Shown piece by piece: positions 22,659-31,155 of a DNA stretch of 35,190 nt. This DNA is from Actinomycetales bacterium. GTDB lineage: Bacteria > Actinomycetota > Actinomycetes > Actinomycetales > DASROP01. The first letter of the stretch is position 1; each line of letters begins with the position of its first letter. Under the pieces are notes generated by a model that did not search any database, had not been told where the DNA came from, and saw only the letters and a program-made list of their open reading frames with translations. The translations under genes and the position numbers were made by a program. Location: the NCBI GenBank assembly GCA_038232615.1, contig JBBSNO010000002.1:1-35190 (forward strand). Direction: 5' to 3'.

Positions 22659-22810
22659 GTCACGAGTTCCTTGATCGCGGGGGGAGGCGTCTCCCCGAGC
22701 CGATCAAGGAACTCCCCGTCGGTGATCAAGGAACTCGCTGCTGGTGATCAAGGAACTCCCCGTCGGTGATCAAGGAACTCCCCGTCGGTGATCAAGGAAC
22801 TCGTGACCGG
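22659..22810. repeat. 22-bp-phased array: one inverted plus five direct GATCAAGGAACTC units, bounded by an 18-bp perfect inverted repeat
   Basis: Direct units start at 22702, 22724, 22746, 22768 and 22790. The inverted unit is at 22664-22676. The inverted repeat is GTCACGAGTTCCTTGATC (22659-22676) / GATCAAGGAACTCGTGAC (22790-22807). An inner hairpin GGGGAG-GCGT-CTCCCC lies at 22681-22696. Confidence 0.93.
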
Positions 22811-22818
22811 TCAGCCGG

Positions 22819-23685
22819 TCAGCCGGTGGGGCGCTGGTGCCCTCCGTCGCCGCGGCGGCGCAGGTAGCGCTCGAACTCGCGGGCGATCGCCTCGCCGGAG
22901 GCCTCGGGCAGGTCGGTGGTGTCCTTGGCCTGCTCGAGCTGGCGCACGTACTCGCCGATCTCCTCGTCCTCGCCGGCGAGCTCGTCAACACCGTGCTCCC
23001 AGGCCTCCGCCTCCGCGGTGAGGTCCTCCAGCGGGACGGGGACCTCGAGCAGGTCCTCGACCCGGCCCAGCAGCGCGAGCACCGCCTTCGGTGAGGGGGA
23101 CTGACCCACGTAGTGCGGGACCGCCGCCCACAGCGACAGCGCGGGCAGGCCGGAGCGGGTGGCCGCCTCCTGCAGCACGCCGAGGATCCCGGTCGGACCC
23201 TCGTAGCGCGACTGCTCCAGCGCGAGGCGGGTCAGCAGCTCGGAGTCGTCGGTCGTGGAGGAGATCGGGATCGGACGCGTGTGCGGGACGTCGGCCAGCA
23301 GGGCTCCGAGGGTGACCAGCGTGGCCGCGCCGAGCCTCGTAGCGTGCCCGAGGACCTCCTCGGTGTAGGTGCGCCAGCGCATGGACGGTTCGATCCCGCG
23401 GACGAGGACGACGTCGCGGCGCGAGCCCGGTGGGCTCGCCCAGCTGATGCGCGTGGTGGGCCACGTGATGCGCCGCCGCCCGTCGTCGGTGAAGTTGACG
23501 ACCGGACGGTTCACCTGGAAGTCGTGGTAGAGCTCGGGGTCGAGGGCGACGAGCGGCTGCCCGCCCCACACCCGGTCCAGGTGGGCCACGGCGCCGCTCG
23601 CGGCCTCGCCCGCGTCGTTCCACCCCTCGAACGCGGCCAGGACGACCGGGTCCCGCAGCGTGGGTACCGCCGACAGCTCGCTCAC
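22819..23685 (-). CDS. PAC2 (proteasome assembly chaperone 2-like) family protein
   Basis: PVVLAAFEGWNDAGEAAS...VLVRGIEPSMRWR...GPTGILGVL...LWAAVPHYV matches the actinobacterial PAC2 family. An SD sequence GAGGAGG lies before GTG 23685. Confidence 0.87.
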   Translation of the reverse strand: MSELSAVPTLRDPVVLAAFEGWNDAGEAASGAVAHLDRVWGGQPLVALDPELYHDFQVNRPVVNFTDDGRRRITWPTTRISWASPPGSRRDVVLVRGIEPSMRWRTYTEEVLGHATRLGAATLVTLGALLADVPHTRPIPISSTTDDSELLTRLALEQSRYEGPTGILGVLQEAATRSGLPALSLWAAVPHYVGQSPSPKAVLALLGRVEDLLEVPVPLEDLTAEAEAWEHGVDELAGEDEEIGEYVRQLEQAKDTTDLPEASGEAIAREFERYLRRRGDGGHQRPTG

Positions 23686-23775
23686 CAGACCTCCTCGTGC
23701 GTTCTGCGCAGGCGACCGCCTGCCGACGCCGACCCAGCCTACGGTCGGGCGGCGGAGCGGACCGGACCGGACGCC

Positions 23776-23781
23776 TAGACT
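23776..23781 (+). promoter_or_regulatory. possible -10 box TAGACT for metH (would give a roughly 73-nt leader)
   Basis: This is the only TANNNT box in the PAC2-metH gap in suitable orientation. It is followed by two small GC hairpins. Confidence 0.25.
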
Positions 23782-23861
23782 CGCCGCGCGCATCCGCGCG
23801 CAACCCCTGTGGCGCCAGCGTGCGCCGACACCGTTCCCCGACCCGCGAAGGCGACACCTCG

Positions 23862-26800
23862 ATGAGCAGCCGCTCGATGAGCACCGGCACCGCAGACCAC
23901 GGGTCCGCACCGAACTCCCAGACTTCGCCGGACCCCCAGGCCGCGCCGGACTTCCTGACGGCACTGACCTCCCGCGTCCTGGTCGCCGACGGCGCGATGG
24001 GCACCATGCTGCAGGACGCCGACCCGTCCCTGGCCGACTTCGAGGGCCACGAGGGCTGCAACGAGATTCTCAACGTCACCCGCCCGGACGTCGTGGAGTC
24101 CGTGCACGCCGCGTACCTCGACGTGGGCGTCGACTGCATCGAGACGAACACGTTCGGTGCGAACCTGCCGAACCTCGGCGAGTACGGGATCAGCGACCGC
24201 ATCCACGAGCTGGCCCTGGCCGGCGCGCAGATCGCCCGGCGCGCGGCGGACGCCGCCTCGACGCCGGGCCACGAACGGTGGGTGCTCGGCTCGATGGGCC
24301 CCGGTACCAAGCTGCCGAGCCTGGGCCACGCGCCGTACTCCGCGCTGCGGGACGCCTACGCCGAGCAGGTCAGGGGACTGCTCGAGGGCGGCACCGACGC
24401 GCTGCTCGTCGAGACCAGCCAGGACCTGCTGCAGGCCAAGGCCGCGGTCGTCGGCGCGCAGCGCGCGATGACGGCAGCCGGCCAGCAGGTCCCCGTCATC
24501 GTCCAGGTCACGGTCGAGACGACCGGGACTATGCTGCTGGGCAGCGAGATCGGCGCGGCCCTGACGGCGTTGGAGGCCCTGGGCATCGACGCCATCGGGC
24601 TCAACTGCGCCACCGGACCGACGGAGATGAGCGAGCACCTGCGGCACCTGTCGCGGCACGCACGCGTGCCGGTGACGGCGATGCCCAACGCCGGCCTGCC
24701 CCAGCTCGCCAAGGGCGGCGCGTACTACCCGCTGACGCCGTCCGAGCTCGCCGACGCCCACGACGCGTTCACGTCCGAGTTCGGGCTGTCGCTCGTCGGC
24801 GGATGCTGCGGGACGACGCCCGAACACCTGCGGCAGGTCGTCGACCGCGTCCGTGGACGCGCGCTCGCCCCCCGGCGTCCACGCCCGGAGCCCGGGGTCG
24901 CGAGCCTCTACTCGCACGTCCCGTTCCAGCAGGACGCGAGCTTCCTCTCGATCGGCGAGCGCACCAACGCGAACGGGTCGAAGGCGTTCAAGGAGGCCAT
25001 GCTCGCCGCCGACTGGGAGGCGGTCGTCGAGATCGCCCGCGACCAGACCCGTGACGGGGCCCACCTGCTCGACGTCTGCATCGACTACGTCGGCCGCGAC
25101 GGCGTCGAGGACATCAAGGCCGTCGTCGGGCGGCTCTCGACGAGCTCGACCCTCCCGCTCGTCATCGACTCGACCGAGCCGGCCGTCATCGAGGCGGGAC
25201 TCGAGCTCGTCGGCGGTCGCAGCGTCGTCAACTCGGTGAACTACGAGGACGGCACGGGACCCGAGAGCCGCTTCCACCGCACCATGACGACGGTGCGCGA
25301 GCACGGTGCGGCCGTGGTCGTGATGGCCATCGACGAGCAGGGGCAAGCCCGCACGTGCGACCACAAGGTGGCGATCGCGTCGCGGCTGATCGACGACCTC
25401 GTCCGCGACTGGGGGATGCGTGTCGAGGACATCATCATGGACACCCTCACGTTCCCGATCGCGACCGGGCAGGAGGAGACGCGCCGCGACGGGCTCGAGA
25501 CGCTGAACGCGATCCGCGCGCTCAAGGAGCGCTACCCGCAGGTGCAGACGACGCTCGGGGTCTCCAACGTCTCGTTCGGCCTCAACCCCGCCGCACGCGT
25601 CGTCCTGAACTCGGTCTTCCTGCACGAGGCCGTCAAGGCGGGCCTCGACTCGGCGATCGTGCACGCCGCGCGCATCGTCCCGGTCGCGAAGGTCCCCGAC
25701 GACCAGCGGCAGGTGGCGCTCGACCTCGTCTACGACCGGCGCAGGTACGACGACGCCGGCAACCTGACGTACGACCCGCTCTCGGCGCTGCTCGACATGT
25801 TCGAGGGCGTAGACGCTGCCTCGGTGCGCGCCGACCGGGCCGCCGAGCTCGCGTCGCTACCGCTGGGGGAGAGGCTGTCGCGCCGCATCATCGACGGTGA
25901 GCGCCAGGGCCTCGAGGGTGACCTCGACCTTGCGCTCGCGGCGGGGGAGAGCCCGCTGGACATCATCAACGACCGCCTGCTCGAGGGCATGCGCGTGGTG
26001 GGCGAGCTCTTCGGCCGGGGGGAGATGCAGCTGCCCTTCGTGCTGCAGTCGGCCGAGGTGATGAAGGCTGCCGTCGCGTACCTGGAGCCCCACATCGAGG
26101 CCATGCTGGACGGCGGCGACCGCCAGGCCAAGGCCAAAATCGTGCTGGCCACGGTGAAGGGCGACGTCCACGACATCGGCAAGAACCTGGTCGACATCAT
26201 CCTGTCCAACAACGGGTACGACGTCGTCAACATCGGCATCAAGCAGCCGATCAGCGAGATCCTGCGGGCGGCCGACGAGCACGACGCCGACGCGATCGGT
26301 ATGAGCGGGCTGCTCGTGAAGTCGACGGTCGTGATGAAGGAGAACCTGGAGGAGATCAACTCCCGGGGCATGTCGGCGCGGTTCCCGGTGCTGCTCGGCG
26401 GCGCCGCGCTCACCCGGGCCTACGTCGAGAACGACCTGGCGGAGGTCTACGAGGGCGAGGTCCGCTACGCCCGGGACGCCTTCGAGGGGCTGCGCCTGAT
26501 GGACGCGGTGGCCAAAGCCCGCACGTCACCCGGCGCCGGCCTGAAGGAGCACCTCCCGGCGCTACGCCCCCGACGTGTCCGCAAGGTAGCCACCCCGGAG
26601 GTCGTCGAACCGGACGCGCAGACAGTGCGCTCGGACGTCGCCCACGACGTCGACGTGCCCACGCCGCCGTTCTGGGGGGACCGCATCGTCAAGGGCCTGG
26701 CGCTGAAGGACTACGTCACCTACCTCGACGAGCGGGCCACGTTCCTCGGCCAGTGGGGCCTGAAGCCGACTCGCGGCGCGTCGGGCCCGGGCTACGACGA

Positions 26801-27479
26801 GCTCGTCGAGACCGACGGACGGCCGAGGCTGCGGATGTGGCTCGAGCGGCTGCACACCGAGGGACTGCTGGAGGCCGCCGTCGTCTACGGGTACTTCCCG
26901 TGCTGGTCCGAGGGTTCGGACCTGGTGATCGGGCACCACGAGGGCTCTGGCGGGGAGCCTGGTGCGGAGCGGATGCGCTTCACGTTCCCGCGTCAGCGCC
27001 GTGACCGGCGCCTGTGCCTGGCCGACTTCTTCCGCTCGGCGCAGGAGGTGCAGGAGCAGGGGCGCCCCGACGTGATCTCGTTCCAGCTGGTCACGATGGG
27101 CTCGCGCGTCGCGCAGGCTGCGACGGAGCTGTTCGAGGCGAACTCCTACCGTGACTACCTCGAGCTGCACGGTCTGTCGGTGCAGCTCACCGAGGCCCTG
27201 GCCGAGATGTGGCACGCCCGGGTGCGGGCCGACCTCGGGTACGCGCCGGACGACGACGAGGCGCTGGCCGGCATCCTGCGGCAGGGTTACCGGGGCTCGA
27301 GGTACTCCTTCGGCTACCCGGCGTGCCCGGACCTGGAGGACCGGGCCAAGCTCGTCGAGCTGCTGCGGCCGGAACGGATCGGTGTCACGTTGTCGGAGGA
27401 GCTGCAGCTGCACCCGGAGCAGTCCACCGACGCGCTGGTCGTGCACCACCCGGAGGCCAAGTACTTCAATGCCGGCTGA
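23862..27479 (+). CDS. metH: cobalamin-dependent methionine synthase
   Basis: All modules are present: Hcy-binding (ADGAMGTMLQ...GGCCGTTPEH), pterin-binding, B12-binding (DVHDIGKN, GMSGLL) and the AdoMet activation domain (RYSFGYPACPD). The start is ATG 23862 or ATG 23877. Confidence 0.95.
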   Translation: MSSRSMSTGTADHGSAPNSQTSPDPQAAPDFLTALTSRVLVADGAMGTMLQDADPSLADFEGHEGCNEILNVTRPDVVESVHAAYLDVGVDCIETNTFGANLPNLGEYGISDRIHELALAGAQIARRAADAASTPGHERWVLGSMGPGTKLPSLGHAPYSALRDAYAEQVRGLLEGGTDALLVETSQDLLQAKAAVVGAQRAMTAAGQQVPVIVQVTVETTGTMLLGSEIGAALTALEALGIDAIGLNCATGPTEMSEHLRHLSRHARVPVTAMPNAGLPQLAKGGAYYPLTPSELADAHDAFTSEFGLSLVGGCCGTTPEHLRQVVDRVRGRALAPRRPRPEPGVASLYSHVPFQQDASFLSIGERTNANGSKAFKEAMLAADWEAVVEIARDQTRDGAHLLDVCIDYVGRDGVEDIKAVVGRLSTSSTLPLVIDSTEPAVIEAGLELVGGRSVVNSVNYEDGTGPESRFHRTMTTVREHGAAVVVMAIDEQGQARTCDHKVAIASRLIDDLVRDWGMRVEDIIMDTLTFPIATGQEETRRDGLETLNAIRALKERYPQVQTTLGVSNVSFGLNPAARVVLNSVFLHEAVKAGLDSAIVHAARIVPVAKVPDDQRQVALDLVYDRRRYDDAGNLTYDPLSALLDMFEGVDAASVRADRAAELASLPLGERLSRRIIDGERQGLEGDLDLALAAGESPLDIINDRLLEGMRVVGELFGRGEMQLPFVLQSAEVMKAAVAYLEPHIEAMLDGGDRQAKAKIVLATVKGDVHDIGKNLVDIILSNNGYDVVNIGIKQPISEILRAADEHDADAIGMSGLLVKSTVVMKENLEEINSRGMSARFPVLLGGAALTRAYVENDLAEVYEGEVRYARDAFEGLRLMDAVAKARTSPGAGLKEHLPALRPRRVRKVATPEVVEPDAQTVRSDVAHDVDVPTPPFWGDRIVKGLALKDYVTYLDERATFLGQWGLKPTRGASGPGYDELVETDGRPRLRMWLERLHTEGLLEAAVVYGYFPCWSEGSDLVIGHHEGSGGEPGAERMRFTFPRQRRDRRLCLADFFRSAQEVQEQGRPDVISFQLVTMGSRVAQAATELFEANSYRDYLELHGLSVQLTEALAEMWHARVRADLGYAPDDDEALAGILRQGYRGSRYSFGYPACPDLEDRAKLVELLRPERIGVTLSEELQLHPEQSTDALVVHHPEAKYFNAG

Positions 27480-28167
27480 GGCACCCACGGGGCTCGACGC
27501 CGTGCTGTGGGACATGGACGGCACCCTGGTGGACACCGAGCCCTACTGGATGGAGGCCGAGCACGAGCTGGTCGCCGCGCACGGTGGCACGTGGAGCACG
27601 GCCCACGCGCACGCACTGGTCGGCAACCCCCTGCTCGTGTCGGCCGCCTACCTGCAGGAGCACGGGGGCGTCGACCTCCCGGCGCAGGACATCGTCGACG
27701 TGCTGCAGTTCCACGTCGTGGCACGCGTGGGGGAGCGGCTGCCGTGGCAGCCGGGTGCGCGCGAGCTGCTCGCCCGGCTCGTCGAGCTCCGCATCCGCTG
27801 CGCCCTGGTGACGATGTCGTGGACGCCGCTGGCCCACGCCGTCCTGGCCCACGTGCCGCGGGGCACGTTCGACGTCGTCGTCACCGGCGACCAGGTCAGG
27901 GACGGCAAGCCGCACCCCGAGCCCTACCTGCGGGCGATGCAGCTGCTGGGGACGGTGCCGCAGCGGTGCGTGGCCGTCGAGGACTCGCCCACGGGCCTGG
28001 CCTCGGCCGAGGCCGCCGGCGTCCCGACGATCGCCGTCCCGCACCTGGTCCCGATCGCCGAGGCGACCGGTCGGACCTGCGTGGCCTCGCTCGAGGACGT
28101 CGACCACGACCTGCTCGTGCGAGTGGCTTCCGGGCCACGTCCCCCGACGCCGTCCGGCACGGCGTAG
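27469..28167 (+). CDS. HAD family hydrolase (beta-phosphoglucomutase/phosphatase-like)
   Basis: AVLWDMDGTLVDTE (DxDGT motif I), VTMS (motif II) and KPHPEPY...VEDSPTG (motifs III/IV) are present. ATG 27469 overlaps the metH end by 11 nt. Confidence 0.88.
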   Translation: MPAEAPTGLDAVLWDMDGTLVDTEPYWMEAEHELVAAHGGTWSTAHAHALVGNPLLVSAAYLQEHGGVDLPAQDIVDVLQFHVVARVGERLPWQPGARELLARLVELRIRCALVTMSWTPLAHAVLAHVPRGTFDVVVTGDQVRDGKPHPEPYLRAMQLLGTVPQRCVAVEDSPTGLASAEAAGVPTIAVPHLVPIAEATGRTCVASLEDVDHDLLVRVASGPRPPTPSGTA

Positions 28168-28314
28168 CCGAAACGTGACCAGACCTTCTCCGCGAGGGTG
28201 TTCATGTGCTGGACACCCGCGGCTAGGGTCGGGCCCGCCGGCCGGCCTGGCCGGCGACCACCAGCGGGAGCGGGTCCCACACGGAACCGCACCGCCTGCA
28301 CGATGGAGTGACTG

Positions 28315-30015
28315 ATGCGACTGAGCAGCACACGGCCACGCCGTGCACTTGTGCTCCTGGGCGTCGCCGCGCTGGCCCTGTCCACCGCAGCGTGCGCACA
28401 GAGCGACCGGGAAGACGACGCCGCTGGGGGCGGCGAGACCGGCGGCAGCGAGGCGAGCGGCGGCGACTTCGTCTTCGCGGCGTCCGCCGATCCGGTGATG
28501 CTCGACCCCGCCTTCGCGAGCGACGGCGAGACGTTCCGCGTCGCGCGCCAGATCTTCGAGGGCCTGGTGGGCACGGAGCCGGGCACCGCCGACCCGGCGC
28601 CGCTGCTGGCCAAGAGCTGGACGACGTCCGAGGACGGGCTGAGCTACACCTTCACGCTGGAGGAGGGGGTGACGTTCCACGACGGCACCGACTTCAACGC
28701 CGAGGCCGTCTGCGCCAACTTCGACCGCTGGTACAACTGGACCGGTCTCCTGCAGTCCGAGAACCTCACGTACTACTACCAGAACATCTTCAAGGGCTTC
28801 GCCGAGAGCGAGACCCCCGAGCTGCAGGGCGGCATCTACGGAGGCTGCGAGGCCACCTCGGAGTCCGAGGTCACGGTCGAGCTCACCTCGCCCTTCGCCG
28901 GCTTCGTCCAGGCCCTCTCGCTGCCCGCGTTCGCGATGCAGAGCCCCTCGGCGATGGAGGAGTTCGACGCCGACAACGTCTCGGGCGACGAGAGCGACCC
29001 GCGCTTCTCCTCGTACGCGACCGAGCACCCGACCGGCACCGGGCCCTTCCAGTTCGGCAGCTGGGAGCGCGACCAGCAGGTCACCCTGACCCGCTACGAC
29101 GACTACTGGGGCGAGGTCGCCCAGGTCGACAGCGTGATCCTGCGCACCATCTCGGACGGCAACGCCAGGCTCCAGGCGCTGCGCAACGGCGACATCCAGG
29201 GCTACGACAACGTCTCGCCCGGCGACATCGAGGGTCTGGAGTCCGACGGCTTCCTCGTCGAGAGCCGCCCGCCGTTCACGATCCTCTACCTCGGCATCAA
29301 CCAGGCGTCCACGACCACGCCGGAGCTGGCCGACATCCGCGTCCGGCAGGCGATCGCCCACGCGATCGACAAGGATGCGGTCATCTCGCAGTCGCTGCCG
29401 GCAGACACCGAGGCGGCCATCGAGTTCATCCCGCCGACCGTCGAGGGGTGGACCGACGAGGTCACGCAGTACGAGTTCGACCAGGACCGTGCCCGTGAGC
29501 TGCTGGCCGAGGCCGGCGCCAGCGACCTGACGCTCCAGTTCAACTACCCCACCGACGTCTCGCGGCCGTACATGCCGACGCCGGAGGCCACGTACACCGC
29601 GATCAGCGCACAGCTGGAGGCGGTGGGCATCACCGTGGAGCCGGTGGCGGACCGCTGGAGCCCGGACTACCTGGACAAGATCCAGGGCAGCGCGGACCAC
29701 GGCATCCACCTGCTCGGGTGGACCGGTGACTACAACGACACCGACAACTTCCTCGGTGTGTTCTTCGGTGACGCGAGCAACGAGTGGGGCTTCGACAACC
29801 CGGAGCTCTTCACCGCGCTCACCGAGGCGCGACAGCTGCCCACGCGTGACGAGCAGGCGCCCGCATACGTGGAGATCAACAAGCAGGTGATGGACTTCCT
29901 GCCGGGGATCCCGATCGCCCACCCGTCCCCGTCGCTGGCCTTCGCCGAGGGCGTGGAGGGGTTCACGGCGAGCCCGGTGAACGACGAGGTGTTCAACCAG
30001 ATCACCCTGCCGTGA
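28315..30015 (+). CDS. ABC transporter substrate-binding lipoprotein, family 5 (peptide/nickel, DppA/OppA-like)
   Basis: The signal and lipobox are LALSTAAC. FHDGTDFNAEAV and LRNGDIQGYDNV are typical SBP_bac_5 features. An SD sequence GGAG lies upstream. Confidence 0.9.
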   Translation: MRLSSTRPRRALVLLGVAALALSTAACAQSDREDDAAGGGETGGSEASGGDFVFAASADPVMLDPAFASDGETFRVARQIFEGLVGTEPGTADPAPLLAKSWTTSEDGLSYTFTLEEGVTFHDGTDFNAEAVCANFDRWYNWTGLLQSENLTYYYQNIFKGFAESETPELQGGIYGGCEATSESEVTVELTSPFAGFVQALSLPAFAMQSPSAMEEFDADNVSGDESDPRFSSYATEHPTGTGPFQFGSWERDQQVTLTRYDDYWGEVAQVDSVILRTISDGNARLQALRNGDIQGYDNVSPGDIEGLESDGFLVESRPPFTILYLGINQASTTTPELADIRVRQAIAHAIDKDAVISQSLPADTEAAIEFIPPTVEGWTDEVTQYEFDQDRARELLAEAGASDLTLQFNYPTDVSRPYMPTPEATYTAISAQLEAVGITVEPVADRWSPDYLDKIQGSADHGIHLLGWTGDYNDTDNFLGVFFGDASNEWGFDNPELFTALTEARQLPTRDEQAPAYVEINKQVMDFLPGIPIAHPSPSLAFAEGVEGFTASPVNDEVFNQITLP

Positions 30016-30042
30016 CGACCTAGGCGCGATCCGCCACGTCGA

Positions 30043-30082
30043 CACCGGTGGCCCGGCGGTAGCATCCGCCGGGCCACCGGTG
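30043..30082 (+). terminator. 17-bp perfect hairpin between SBP and permease genes (intra-operon attenuator / mRNA-stabilising stem-loop)
   Basis: CACCGGTGGCCCGGCGG (30043-30059), loop TAGCAT, CCGCCGGGCCACCGGTG (30066-30082). Confidence 0.5.
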
Positions 30083-30132
30083 CGGGCGGCACTCCTGCCT
30101 CCCCACCACTTCGCCCCTTGTGATGAGGTCCC

Positions 30133-31155
30133 GTGCTGAGATTCGTGGTGCGCCGGCTGGCGCTCGTCGTCCCGGTCCTGCTCGGGCTGGCGGTCCTGCT
30201 CTTCCTGTGGCTGCGTGCGCTGCCGGGAGACCCCGCCCGGGCGATGCTCGGTCAGCGGGCCACGCCCGAGGGCATCGCCCAGATCAACGAGCAGTACGGC
30301 TTCGACCAGCCGCTGCTGCAGCAGTTCGTCACCTACGTGGGCCAGCTCGTGCAGGGTAACTTCGGTTCCTCCACCCGCACCGGCGAGCCCGTGATGGAGA
30401 GCTTCCTGCTCCGCTTCCCGGCGACGGTCGAGCTGTCCCTGGCGGCGCTGCTGTTCGCCATCGCCGCCGGCATCCCGCTGGGGTACTACGCCGCCCGGCA
30501 CGCCGGCGGGATCCTCGACACCTTCGCCGTCGGCGGCTCCCTGCTCGGGGTCTGCATCCCCGTCTTCTTCCTGGCGTACCTGCTCAAGCTCGTCTTCGCG
30601 GTCGGCGTCCCGCCCCTGGAGTTCCTGGGGGTGATGCCCACCAGCGGACGGCAGTCGGTCACGCTCGACGCCACCCACATCACCAACTTCTACGTGCTCG
30701 ACGGCCTGCTCACCCGGGAGTGGGACGCGGCCCTGGACTCCGTCCTGCACCTGGTGCTGCCGGCCCTGGCGCTCGGCACCATCCCGCTGGCGATCATCGT
30801 GCGGATCACCCGCGCCTCGGTGCTCGAGGTGGTCTCGGAGGACTACGTGCGCACCGCCGAGGCCAAGGGTCTGGCGCAGCAGCTGATCCGCCGCCGGCAC
30901 GTGCTGCGCAACGCGATGCTCCCCGTCGCCACCACGATCGGGCTGCAGACCGGCCTGCTGTTCTCGGGTGCGGTGCTGACCGAGACCGTGTTCGCCTTCA
31001 ACGGCATCGGCTCCTACCTGTTCCAGGCCATCGGCCAGCTGGACTACTCGGTCCTGCAGGGCTACATCCTCTTCATCGCCGTGACCTACGCCCTCATCAA
31101 CCTGCTCGTCGACATCAGCTACGGCGTCATCGACCCACGGGTGCGTGTGTCATGA
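30133..31155 (+). CDS. ABC transporter permease (DppB/OppB-like)
   Basis: (M)LRFVVRRLALVVPVLLGLAVLLFLWLRALPGDP is the canonical DppB N-terminus. The EAA-type loop is VSEDYVRTAEAKGL. Confidence 0.92.
   Translation: MLRFVVRRLALVVPVLLGLAVLLFLWLRALPGDPARAMLGQRATPEGIAQINEQYGFDQPLLQQFVTYVGQLVQGNFGSSTRTGEPVMESFLLRFPATVELSLAALLFAIAAGIPLGYYAARHAGGILDTFAVGGSLLGVCIPVFFLAYLLKLVFAVGVPPLEFLGVMPTSGRQSVTLDATHITNFYVLDGLLTREWDAALDSVLHLVLPALALGTIPLAIIVRITRASVLEVVSEDYVRTAEAKGLAQQLIRRRHVLRNAMLPVATTIGLQTGLLFSGAVLTETVFAFNGIGSYLFQAIGQLDYSVLQGYILFIAVTYALINLLVDISYGVIDPRVRVS

Noticed and set aside
22699-22810. CRISPR array.
   Set aside because: The units are only 22 bp apart, so the spacers would be about 9 bp and are themselves nearly identical (CCCGTCGGT). 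No cas genes or leader are present.
22659-22810. Plasmid or chromosomal replication origin, since 22-bp iterons are classical.
   Set aside because: There is no AT-rich unwinding element, no DnaA-box-like sequences and no rep or par genes nearby. The locus lies between two conserved housekeeping gene ends. It is kept only as a generic protein-binding-array hypothesis in the findings.
22808-22827. A direct duplication CGGTCAGC-CGGTCAGC next to the right inverted-repeat arm, as a possible target-site duplication of a MITE.
   Set aside because: Both copies lie on the same side of the element. The left flank (GCTGCCAT) does not match. The duplication simply overlaps the PAC2 stop codon.
22788-23021. 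A 77-aa ORF starting at the GTG inside the last repeat unit (MIKELVTGQ...).
   Set aside because: It is antisense to the PAC2 coding region, Arg/Gly/Pro-rich and has low GC3. The start is an accident of the GGTGATC motif.
23686-23861. Cobalamin, SAM-IV or SAH riboswitch upstream of metH.
   Set aside because: I could not find the B12-box or the conserved SAM-IV or SAH core strings in either order. The candidate leader is only about 73 nt, too short for a cobalamin aptamer. A covariance-model scan is needed to be sure.
27466-30900. Very long overlapping ORFs on the opposite strand or in other frames. Examples: 1144 aa at 27466-30900 (-), 595 aa at 1324-3111 (-), 591 aa at 1716-3491 (+), 629 aa at 23775-25664 (-), 621 aa at 11577-13442 (-).
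   Set aside because: Their translations are Arg/Gly/Pro/Ala-dominated with no motifs. They lie antisense or out of frame to genes with clear family signatures. Stop codons are rare in all frames at this GC content, so ORF length is not evidence.
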